A DNA stretch of 64,000 nt, from positions 2,294,001 to 2,358,000 of the forward strand of contig JAQGDQ010000002.1 of assembly GCA_030141605.1 (NCBI GenBank), in the 5' to 3' direction. Positions 53,101 to 64,000 of this stretch are shown here, one piece after another. A program made the translations under genes and the position numbers. Source of the DNA: Tubiluchus corallicola (lineage: Eukaryota; Animalia; Priapulida). A model generated the notes under the pieces. That model ran no database searches, had not been told where the DNA came from, and was given only the letters and a program-made list of their open reading frames with translations. Numbering within the stretch: position 1 is the first letter of the stretch; every line of letters starts with the position of its first letter.

Positions 53101-56100
53101 TAAAGGACGATAAGAAAGAAAGGTACTATCTGAACTTATTTTCATTCAAATATGCAAATCATCATACTTTTGTTGTGAAAGTGTTTTTAGTAACCAAATA
53201 AGTCAGAAAAATGGAAAATAGAGTTTGAACGTCATAAATTAATAAAGTATACATAGAAACAGCACAAAAGATGTATATTTTGTAATTAAACATAATATTA
53301 TATGATTCCCTTAATGACTCTCATCGTTATCATAGGTAACATTATCCTACGTAATAGAGATTCTCAATGAAAGTAATTTTATTGTTTGGAAGTGTTTTGT
53401 GCATGTGTATTGTCAGTCATATTTATTATTTTAGATATTATGTGTTTCGTGCGTGGGGTCGCGTTGGAACAACTGTTGGTGGCAACAAACTGGAGAACAT
53501 GGAAAAAGATGAAGCCATAGATCATTTTCTCGCGCTGTACGAAGAGAAAACTGGCAATATGTGGAATCAGAAGAAGCCATTTGTCAAATATCCTAATCGC
53601 TTTGTTCCTTTAGAAATGGACTATGGACAGGTACAAAGATATGCAGTTCAAAATAAATTTGGGTTTCATTTATTTTACCATGAAATGTATTTTTAATTGA
53701 AGATTGTGTTCTCAAAAATCTTATCTGTTTACGTGGTTCGTTCGTTTTGTACGTTTAATTTCGAAACAAATCTATTTAAAATACTCTTTTGTGATTAGAT
53801 CTGTCAGATGGTTCGTACTTGAGTGGTATGAAGAACAGGCTTAATCAATGTAGTTGTATGCACTGTTAATTTTACTTGGGTGTTGTGAAATGGTGCTACC
53901 TCTTTAAAACTGATTTGTTGAGCCTGCATAGTATGTATGGACGAACTCCTAGCAGATTGGTTCTGGTTTGTTTCATCTGCCACACTGCTGCTTTTGTGGT
54001 TGCTGGTTCATCTTCTCTTCACAAAAGAATATCCTTGATAATAAGATTAGTTCCTAAGATTAGTGCCAGTCCCACTGCAACTTTTTACATTGTGCCTTCA
54101 GTAGGCCTTGCCATGAGTGCTGGGTCTGGGCTTGAAGGATGTCATATAGAATAAAAAAGCTCCATTAAATAAATTTTGCCAAGTGATCAATAACGATCGG
54201 TTAAATCTTAACCCTATAAGCTTGATATGTTACAAATAAAGCTCTTAGGATAATATATGTGATAATGTTTCATTTGCTGTTGAGTATTTTAAAGAAAGTG
54301 TTCTGCCGTAAAATTTGCTCTCATGTACTATCAAAATTATGAGGTGATAGTAATAATGTTTACTCTTTTGTTTTAGGATGACGAAAAGGTTGGCATCATA
54401 AAGTCTGATGCCGCTGAGAACTCAAAACTCTCAAAACCTCTCCAGGAGCTCATAAAACTCATGTTTGATGTTGAACAACTGAAAAAGGCAATGCTGGAGT
54501 TTGAGGTACATTAGCTCTTACCATATGTAATAAAGGTCTAGTCATTAAGGGATCATAAGTTTTTTCACTTTCAAGTTAATAGAGGTTTTTGCTTAATTTT
54601 GTACAATCATTAAATTTGTGGTTAATGTTCGCAGATTGATTTGAAGAAAATGCCACTTGGAAAGCTGTCCAAGAAGCAGATAAAAAGTGGTTACTCTGTA
54701 CTAACTGAACTGCAAAACCTAAGGAAGAATGGTGGAACACCTACCCAGTTCCTAGATGCCACAAACCGTTTCTTTACACTTGTTCCACATGACTTTGGTC
54801 TTAAAAAGCCTCCGATTCTTGACACAGAGGAGCTTATTAAGGCAAGTAACATGTAAAATTATGTGATATTGTAACATACACATGTACCGTGCTTAGCAGA
54901 CTAAATCCCACAGAAGCCTTTTGCACAGAAAATAGCCAATTTATGGAGTGTCCATTTTTTGTTCGTTTTTCTGTTCAAATACGATTTGATGAATTTAAAT
55001 TTTAAAAATTTGGTAGACAATTTAAAAATACTTCTGGTAGCAGAACAGAAGTGATAAATTTGATAAAATTTGAAGTTTGTGTTCGTTTTGCAAGTGCTGT
55101 GTTATCTGGCAGGTGATCAAGTCAAAACATGATTTTTATGCAGAAAAATACTGTTTTCATGTTGGCCAGTTTACACCACATTTTCAGGCATCTCGTCAGT
55201 TTTAATTCATTTGGGTGTATGAGAGAATGATTGTAATATACCTGTAATTTTCTTTTATATTTTTAAGCATGACTTGTGCTATAGTTTCAATATTATTAAG
55301 TGTCTTTTAAAGCGCACTGAAGGTGGTTTGACCTTGAGTTTTCCTTTAAGGCAAGCACATGCATGCACAAGTTTTTTGCTGATGGCAATAAATACATTGC
55401 TATTTTAGGCTAAGACAGAGATGCTAGATAATCTCTTGGAGATAGAAATTGCGTACAACATGTTGAAAACTGAAGGTGCGGATCAACAAAAAAGTGTGCT
55501 GGACATGTATTATGAAAAGCTTGAATGTGATATGGAGGTAAAAATAAATAGCTTCATAAATAGATACGTGCAGCTATTATTGATTATTTCTTGTGTATAA
55601 TTGTTATATCAATGGTCATACACATTGTTAGATCTTTGAACGATCTAAAATGACACGTGAATGCAATGTCCTATTCAGCATGATTCTTGATTTCACAAAG
55701 CTGTCTGCATATTAGTCAAATTATGCCTATGATAAACCAAAGCGTCCACCGTCCACTGTCTGGCATTTGTAAAACCTAATGTTATGCAAATATGCAATTT
55801 AACTCTTTCACTATGCAGTTGCTTTTTAACCTGGGACATATTGACTTTTGCACATATGACAATAACTTCCTGTGGTGTGTTACTAAAACAGAATCTTGTA
55901 AATAAACATATAGTTGTTTGTTATTGAGTACTAATATTAAATATTAGTTTTATTTCTACACATGCACACACATACTAGCGCACATACATGCACTCTCGCA
56001 TACACTCATGTGCACAACTTCATAAATCACCATGTACTTATATTTAGAAACCAGTTTTCACAAAAGACACAGTACTAATCCATAATATGCAATCATTTTA

Positions 56101-59100
56101 TAAAAATGCTGAACAATCAACTAAACATGCATTTCGTCAACAATCTACAAGTGATTTTGCATATGAGCATACTATACAGTATAGTATTGTGGAAGGCACC
56201 TAGCTTCAGATGCTGATTGGCTGGTTAGCATTACTTGTTGCGAAGCTATCCCAATCCCACAGCTGTTAAACTTTTCTACAATGTTTTGCATGGCCGTAGC
56301 AGTGAAATAAACAGACCTTGGTAACTACGCTTAGTGCTGAGCTATCTGCCTTACATGAAAAACGTAGGTGGCAGTGTGCTGACTTCCGTAGTGAAAGGGT
56401 TAAAGGTTTGTCACGAAATAAAATCAGTCTATTAGAAATTTCAATAAATATTACAGTTGTTGTTTGTAAGCTGGTCTTAAGCTTTTGCCAATGTAAGCAT
56501 ACGGGATTTTGTCTTGTAAACAAAGTCCATTCGTCATTGACTAGTTCAGTAACAGATAACTGGACACTGAATGCCAGATGCTCAGTTTTCCAGTGCCTGA
56601 CTTCCAGCATCCACTGCCGAAATCTTTGGTTGCATATACTCAGTGACGTTTTTCTCTCTCCCAGGCGCTGAACGTTTTGGTGTGTCATAGGCATTATCAA
56701 ACTGCATGCACATTGTGCACTATGACTAGCATTGTGAGTGTTATAATTCTTAATTCTGTGTCGAATATTATAATGTATGGAGAAAAGTCCGGACTGTTAG
56801 TTATCTGACAACTCATTTGCCTGTATGCATGTTGACATAAGGATGAAATTTAATGTTTCTGCATGTTATGTATACATGAATAATTCTGGCAATTGCGAAA
56901 AAATGTATATTTCTGCTGCCATCTTGTTGTTAATGATATGCTTTTTTGTATTTTGTCCTTTCTTTAATGCAGTAATCAGTACTGATATTCGATTCATGAT
57001 TTTTGCCATTTTGATAGGTAATGGATCAGGGAACAGAGGAATGTAAGAGATTAATTGAATATCTGAGTAACACACACGCAGCAACACATGGTCAGTACAA
57101 GATGAAAATACTGGATGTAAGTAACAAAAATCAATATTTCGTTATGTGTTTTCGTATTTATGTAGGTGCAACTTGTATTAAAGCATCTTGCCAAATATGA
57201 CTAGCTTTTAATAAAGTAAGTTAAAATGCAACAATATTAGCATGCGTAGGTGGAGCATTTAATAATGAATTCGAGTAAATGCCATTTTCTTTGATCAAAA
57301 CCATGTTTTATCTGTGTCTGATCTTGGTTTTGTTAAGAACTTACTTGATTTTTTATGTGATGTGTTTTGTGTTTGAATGGTGTGAAACAGAATAGGCATA
57401 ATGTATATAATGTCGTTATTTGTGCATAATTTTGTTCACTTTGATTAGTTGACAGTTAATTTAAGCCTAACTTAAATGAACAAAAACACTGTTTACCTAT
57501 TTTATATGAAAAACGCTATTGCTTACTTTGTAGGTATTTACAACAAAAAGAAAAGGTGAAGAACAACGATATAAACCATTCCGTGAATTACATAATCGTC
57601 AGCTGCTATGGCATGGATCCCGTTCTACAAATTATGCTGGTATACTCTCACAAGGTTTACGCATTGCACCACCAGAGGCGCCAGTGGTATGTGCTATATG
57701 CTATTTAATATAGTTTTTAAAGCTTTCGAATTACAATGAGGTATAACCCTTAACTGCAAATTCTGCTAACAGGCCTTTTGCTAAGGTAATCTGCAATAAC
57801 ACTGTAAGTACAATTACACTGTAAATAAACTTCAGGCAGTGCACTTGTAAAAATTTAAGCACTTGTATTGTGTTCTGTGTTTTATTTTGTAGTTTGCTTT
57901 TCATTAGCAGGCCCTGTTGAAAGGTATTTAAGATTGGTGGTTTCTTTTTAACTGCAATTTAGTGGCCTTCTAAAAAAACTTAAATAAAAATTCGGGTTCC
58001 AAGCACACTGAAGACGAATGTATGGTATTAACCTGTGTTTGCATTGCGCAGTACTTGTAGGTGGTATTTCATTTTGCTGCATTAAACAAACAGGCTATAT
58101 CATTTTAATGTGTTATACATTTTTTTAGACAGGATACATGTTTGGGAAAGGTGTTTACTTTGCTGACATGTCATCAAAAAGTGCAAATTATTGCTGTGCT
58201 AGCGGAAGCAACAACGTGGGTCTGCTTTTACTCTGCGAGGTGGCGCTTGGAGAAATGTACGAGAAAAAGAGGGCAGAAATGATTACTAAACTTCCCAAGG
58301 GTAAACATAGCACTAAAGGTAAAACACATTGTTGTCATTATTATTTTCATTATTTTGCAGAGATGGTTTGCAAAGAAATTAAAAATAAACTGTTTGCCAA
58401 TTTAGTTATTCTATGTAATGTAGTAAAACTACTCTTGGTAAAGAAAAGAAAGATAAAATGCTTTTGTACCACTTGCTTAATACCTAACAATGATAATGTA
58501 ATTAAAAATAAATTTTGTAGGTGACATCACTTCCATTACACTATTATCCATTCTGATTTTTGAATGTTCATCAAAATTTGAGCTTGCTGACAGCCATTAT
58601 ACAAGCAAAGACAATAAAGATTTGTGTACTTGCAAACCAAAATCATCCATAAGTCGGCATAGTTAAAACAACGTTATGGTGCTTCAAAATAGAATGCATT
58701 AAAAATTTGGGCAAATGATTTTACTTTTTTGTTTTTTATAAAAACAAACGCTAAGTATATTGGACCTTTATATTCTAGTATCAAATTATCAAGAAAATGT
58801 GCAAAAAATACTAAAAATGTAATTTTATAACCCCATGCCCACTTTTCTGCTTAGAAATTAGTGCTGCAATTGTAGAAAACTTGTGTTTTCAAACTTCGAT
58901 AGTAGGTCGTGGAAGCAGTCATTTTGTTTCAGGTTTTTTTCTGTTGACAAGTCCAGATCTTCATCAGGAAGAGCCATCTAGTGGATTTAAATATAACATC
59001 AGTGTGTTCTTGTAAAGTCCATAGCAACCACACTTTCGTACAGTTGCTAAGTGTTTTGTAGAGACGCGACAAAAAATAATGTCTAACTTTAACAGCGATT

Positions 59101-60569
59101 TTATCAAGGTTACGATTTTCAGTGTGCAGCCTGTACTGCAACTTCAATGTGGATCATCTCAGCTTAAAAATAACATAGAGCAATGAGCTTGGTATCAAAA
59201 TGATCCTCATGAAATGGAGATTCCGGATATGTGAATAACTAGAATGCTTAATTTCCATATTATGGACGATTTTGCTCTGCAAGCACACATTTTATAATAT
59301 ATATGATAAACTTGTATGGACACTGAAGTCATTTTTGTGATTTTTCAAGTGTTATTAACTTTGGCGTGTATTTACAAAAATGTCAAATTCATCACAATGT
59401 TTATGCAGAATGTTTATCACAATTATAAAATCATTTGTGTGTATTGGGTACTGGTGCTGCATTTTACTAATATAATAAATACACAAGCTTTATGCTGATA
59501 ATTTGATGAGATACCATGTGGTTTACACATCAGTCTCTCACTAATTGAAAGTTTGAGTCTTTTTGCAGTAACAAAAATACAATGAATTTAGTTTCGCTTT
59601 CTAAATTAAGATAATATGGATTTGGACATTTTGTGCATTGACGTTACCCAAATTAAATGTGCATCATTTACTCTTTTGGTAGCTCAAGAAGCATGCAAGC
59701 AGTAATTTTTATTGTCGTTTTGTTGAAATCATCAACTGGTCGCGTTTGTGACTGGTACTACTAATAAATAATCATATATACTGGTCAAAACCTCTGGAAC
59801 CTCACAACTTCCGGCAGTGCGGCTGCCTTAGAAACAGATTCTAGAGTTCCCAAGTTCAAGTCCTAGCAGGCTGTGAATTTTTTTTTTACTTTTTTTTCCA
59901 TCTGTCTATTGTAGTTTATAACTTTTGTAATTTTTAATTAAGTTTCTAAAAACAGTAGTTGCCTATCCTGGTTTTGGTCTAGTGTTTTTATATATTGCAA
60001 TTCAATAATCGTCTCTTTACATTTTTTTAGGTTTGGGTATGACTCGACCCGATCCTAATGGCAAATATATTACCCCTGATAATGTTGAGATTCCAATGGG
60101 AAAACCACAGAAGTCTGATGTCACTGGTACCTCTTTGTTGTACAATGAGTATCCTTTGCTTTACATTTAACCATTATGTTTTTCTAAACTCTTTGATAAA
60201 TGTGTGGGATTTATGGCATTTCACATCATTCTTGGCTTATTATTTTGGTACTTTTTCTTTCATTTCATCAGTCGTTTTGGCCTGTTTTTTGCCACAAAAT
60301 GGGGACAATTTTAATTATTGATTTTCTTGAAGGTATGGTGCAGTTTGTTTTGATGTTGTCTCTTGCTGTATTGATTGAACTGTTTCAAAGAACCGTCAAT
60401 GTTTATTTTTGATGCCACAGCATTTCCATTTCATTGAAATCATTAATTTTCAATAGTAGAATTGTTCTTCCTTAACTGTCTTCTTAGATACATTGTATAT
60501 GACACAGCACAAATCAACATCAAGTACCTACTGAAGGTAAAGTTCGATTATGGCACCAGTCTGTGGTAA
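41117..60569 (+). CDS. PARP1: Poly(ADP-ribose) polymerase 1 (~985 aa, 23 coding exons)
   Basis: Phase-consistent exons: 41117-41230, 43529-43549, 43803-43935, 44530(or 44518)-44654, 45006-45130, 45657-45822, 46522-46718, 47538-47657, 48173-48266, 49433-49547, 50053-50201, 50643-50727, 51639-51716, 52990-53122, 53435-53630, 54377-54505, 54635-54841, 55409-55537, 57018-57116, 57534-57686, 58129-58318, 60031-60148, 60488-60569. Domains: ZnF1 ([20 protein letters not shown]), ZnF2, NLS-like KRKKPKK, Zn3 (CPEC..C..WTKC), BRCT, WGR (AWGRVG), helical domain (MPLGKLS), catalytic [25 protein letters not shown]; ends TSLW*. Confidence 0.97.
41484..42202. mobile_element. Young MITE (719 bp) in PARP1 intron 1
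   Basis: 34-bp perfect TIRs GGGCGCTATTACACTTTCGCACCGCCTAGCTTTT (41484-41517 / 42169-42202); flanking direct repeat CTTGAGT (41477-41483 / 42203-42209). Confidence 0.92.
43529..43549 (+). CDS. PARP1: PARP1 21-nt micro-exon (SPHFDGK)
   Basis: ATCCTTAG|TCACCACACTTTGACGGAAAG|GTAAAA. Supplies the conserved SPxFDGK segment missing between ...VMVQ (exon 1) and QPNWFH (exon 3). Confidence 0.9.
51988..52681. mobile_element. Old hAT-like MITE in PARP1 intron 13
   Basis: Ends TAGAGATGTCAC...GTGACATTGCTA, subterminal TTCGAA/GATTCG repeats, degenerate 8-bp flanks ATGTTGGT/GTGTTGAC. Confidence 0.6.
58623..59289. mobile_element. TIR-bounded non-autonomous DNA element in PARP1 intron 21, superfamily unassigned
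   Basis: ~30-bp imperfect TIRs TGTGTACTTGCAAACCAAAATCATCCATAA vs reverse complement TGTGTGCTTGCAGAGCAAAATCGTCCATAA. Confidence 0.7.
60149..60487 (+). other. PARP1: U12-type (minor spliceosome) GT-AG intron, last intron of PARP1
   Basis: 5'SS GTATCCTTT (60149-60157); branch point TTCCTTAAC (60468-60476) 11 nt before the acceptor end at 60487. Confidence 0.93.
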
Positions 60570-60814
60570 AGTGATGGAATCTTTCACTGCATACTTATTA
60601 AAATTCAGTCTTGGTTTAGTGGTGACTTGTCAGCATTTAATCATTAGTGTTACTCGTTTGGAATTATGTGATGTTATATTATCAGTGATAGTTTTAATCT
60701 ATATAGTATTCTTGTTTCTTAGTATATATTTTCTGAGAACAATTTTTTTCTTAAAGATTTTCCCAATTATGAAACGTAAGAAATTATCTTGAAATATAAT
60801 TTGTGATTGCTTAT

Positions 60815-61346
60815 GCCTGGATTTCACCGGACTTGCGACTTCGCCAACTATCCGAAACTTTTCAAGCCCAACAATCATCACATATGCTGCTACCAATCCC
60901 CAAATTTTCACCAAACATTCGTGGGCATTTTAAAAAAGTAAAAAATTTCAATGTTTATTAGTGTTTCGAATTTGTCGGTGGAGTCGCAAAGCTCTCACAC
61001 CTTGCCAAAACTTCTCCAAACTGTAGTAAATTTGTCTGAACATATACAAATACGTCGTCAATTATTCGTGACATTCATCACCAATTTCAAAATTTTGTTA
61101 AAAATTTGGAAAACATTTTGAGATGAGTTTGAAAATACTGCGACGACTTAGAAAAATGCTTTCAACATTTTGGAGAAATCCAGTTGTCTCGCACTTCTTT
61201 CTGCAAAAATTCTGTGAAATGATCGTGCAAAATAATTCAGAACTTTGCACAAATATTTTATGGACAGTGGCAGAAATATTTTGGTGACTGTTGGACATAG
61301 GAAGTCTCCGATTGGTGCAAAAGTCTTGGCCCTGTGATACCCTGGC
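60815..61346. mobile_element. hAT-like MITE, diverged copy 2 (same family as 16699-17256), just downstream of the PARP1 stop
   Basis: Ends GCCTGGATTTC...GATACCCTGGC; colinear similarity to the copy in ACOT B intron 2. Confidence 0.65.
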
Positions 61347-63434
61347 TGCAAATGCTTTGCAGTAATAAGACTGTATACTGTTCAAGCAAATCATCAGTTG
61401 TCAAGAATTTTACTTCATTTTCATTAATTTACATTATAGTTCTTGAAGTATGCGCAAATTTACAGTGCAGCCACTGGTCATTCCAATCAGACAATCATTT
61501 GAAATGATAAGTTTTCATGACTAAAGCAAGTAAATCTAATCATTATTTTAGGAAAACTGTCAAGATTCTCAGTCTCTTCATTTTCAAATTTTGCTACAAG
61601 AGCAGTAAAAAAGGCTATTGTACCGTAAGTCTGTTTATAAGTGAAAGCTAAAAAATGTGTGACGTCTAGGGCTGGAACCTAGATGTCACTACAGGAGTAG
61701 AATAGAAAAGATTAGATAGAACTAGAAAGCTAGCCAGAAGCGGTAAATTCCACTGTGCTAGAACTAATCTAGGTAGAACATTACATACATCTCAACTGTA
61801 TTTTTCACTTACTTTAGTTTAGAAAGCGATGTGTAATTGTAACGATAACCTAATTGGCATTTTATAGATAAAAAAGTCATGCCATCGCAAAAACTTTTGG
61901 TTTGTGAATTACGGCCTAAAAATTTTTGTCAATATTTTAATGTATTGTATTCCCAATTTTTCATTCAATTGTCATTCCTGGTGCACTAACTACGTCTTTA
62001 TTGTCTTTGTTAGAATTTTTTGTACTATAAAACTATGTTTTGCTTCAATAAATCTTGAGGTTTAATTTAACTTTTATTTGATTTAGTACAAAGCTCTTGG
62101 GTAGACTCAATAGAATTAAATAAATTATTAATCATAATTTAAGTGTATAGCCCAGTACATTTCTACAGCGCAGTTAATTAAGTTAAAAGTTATGTAGTGG
62201 CACGAAAGACAGTTCTTGAAACAAGCAAGTGCTTTACATATACAAAGTGAACGACATTTGATTACAGTAGTTTCATTTACTGACTTGATTCTGGAACAAG
62301 ATTGGTAAACAAATTCTGTCAGGCATTACCATCGATTATTTCTAGGTTTCAGGGCTGTGCATTCAGTTATATGATTAGAAAGGTGAGAGAATTATTGCTG
62401 GGACACCCTGATGAATTTCAAAATGCATAAGCATTCATAGTTGGAGATGTATGAGGCATGATATGATGCATGCCTATCCTGGTTTTATGGGGAGTGAACT
62501 CCCGACTGTTTCCAAACTTCCACATTTTGTTTTTCCAAAACATTGGTTCAGAGTCTTGCGTCAACTTTCAGTCTCTTATGTTGATCCTAGTGGATGCTTG
62601 GCAATGGATTTATTCGAGTACATAAAAATTGAACAACTATGCGTTTTTTACTTTTTTTAACTAAGTAATTCTGACATTTATTCACTGCAAAATTATTGTT
62701 GTTATTGCTATCCTTGGCACTCATATATGTACTTATGTGGAGGCATAATACTTCTGATGAATACCACAATTAGCAACAGAATAATAAAATATCAAAATGA
62801 ACCTGAGATTAAAAACTAGTTGGTTAAAAGAACTTTAGTACTGCTTATCATGTCACAATGTTACTAAACAGGCCCTAACTTGGGAATTTAAATGAAAGCA
62901 ATAACAACATGTCATTAAGAAGGCCTGTTATGCCTGCTTCAAATAACAACAAATAAACGATGTGAATTGGTAAATTAATGTAAGGGGGTGTGAGGTAGAA
63001 TGATAATTGGATTGATGTATAGTGGAGTGGTGGGGCAGAGGTAAAAACTTGCATGTGAAATAATTTAGAGTGATGACAATACAAACAAATTGTATGCACC
63101 AGACGAAAATTTTTCTGACAATTACCGGCAATGTCTATGCAAATATATACATTGTTTTGGGTGTTATGTGAAGTTGGCATAATAAAAGGGGCCATATAAC
63201 GAGGTTTGACAAATATTCAATTTGGTGAGTGAATGCCTCGCGAATCGCGACATACACGTGTGTTCATGATAGATTACGACATGAAATGATTGAGATCAAA
63301 GTGAGATTATTATCTTGAGGTAATCCTGTTGTTTACTAATAGCAGAGACATGATAAAACTTGTCTATATACATGTATAGCATGCATCAATGCATCTAAAG
63401 TTTCCCATTAAATTAAGCTAATGAGCAATCTCCA

Positions 63435-63581
63435 TTATTCTTTATTTTTCTTGGGAAATGCCATACTAAACAGGACATAACCACCAGCCACTGCAGTTAG
63501 TACAGTCACACCCAATGTCAACACATACAAGCTTCGGTCTATAGGGCCACGCTTGAGATGAATCGGCACACCATCATTTTT
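63435..63581 (-). CDS. COX7A: Last coding exon of a cytochrome c oxidase subunit 7A-family gene (COX7A/COX7A2L-like); upstream exons lie beyond the window
   Basis: TTTTTCCAG|KNDGVPIHLKRGPIDRSLYVLTLGVTVLTAVAGGYVLFSMAFPKKNKE*, matching the COX7A signature D..P.HLK.G..D..LY + TM helix + MAFPK. Confidence 0.85.
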   Translation of the reverse strand, partial: KNDGVPIHLKRGPIDRSLYVLTLGVTVLTAVAGGYVLFSMAFPKKNKE

Positions 63582-64000
63582 CTGGAAAAAACAAAAAAAA
63601 ATCATCACATTTATTAATTCTATAATACAGTCAACTCTGCTTAACTCATATCTCTTGTGATCAAAGAAAATTGCTGATCTGTGTATCTGTGTAGTTATAT
63701 TTATAACCAGAGAAGCCATCAGGACTCAAGATGCAAACAGGAAAGCTCAAGTATCTGGGTTAAATAAATTTATATACTTAAGTTCAGACAACAATAAGTG
63801 ACCTATTAACCTTTGACTTAACTCAAAATCACATAAGTATCCAAAATTCAGAAACCAAGGTTCCAATATTTTCAGTTGCATTTTCGAAATGAAGCCTAAC
63901 ATATAACGCGTAAGAATTGAAGTGCCTGCTTTTTTCTAAGTTTCTATAGTAAGGCAAAAGATGCTTCATCAACATTCGAGTTTATGTGTACTACTAAACA

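Noticed and set aside
56266-56700. Overlapping 144-aa and 117-aa ORFs in PARP1 intron 18
   Set aside because: No recognisable domain; PARP1 exons 18 and 19 join in frame without them; probably a slightly GC-richer repeat remnant.
59810-59890. B-box-like AGTTCAAGTCC followed by poly-T (tRNA or Pol III gene?)
   Set aside because: No A box or cloverleaf; at most a SINE remnant.

Overview
AT-rich, intron-rich eukaryotic (probably invertebrate animal) genomic DNA, not prokaryotic; most entries in the ORF track are either exon fragments or noise. I assembled gene models by hand from splice sites and reading-frame phase. Left to right: (1) the right end of a ~49-50 bp satellite array with a ~497 bp higher-order period (1-1565); (2) a minus-strand tandem array of three type-I acyl-CoA thioesterase/BAAT-family genes: a decayed pseudogene (first two exons visible), an intact 423-aa copy ending in the peroxisomal signal SKL, and an intact 418-aa copy ending in TKM; (3) a nest of decayed non-LTR retrotransposons between those two intact copies, one with a tandem-CCCH ORF1-like region; (4) a complete 23-exon PARP1 gene (+, ~985 aa), head-to-head with the thioesterase array, with a 21-nt micro-exon, a GC-AG intron and a U12-type intron that splits the catalytic Glu codon; (5) the last exon of a convergent COX7A-family gene. 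Several MITEs and microsatellites are scattered throughout. I found no clearly new multi-gene system. The best leads are the PARP1 splicing architecture, paralog divergence and a conserved intronic block in the thioesterase array, a perfect 25-bp hairpin, a young MITE with a 7-bp TSD, and the CCCH-type LINE.
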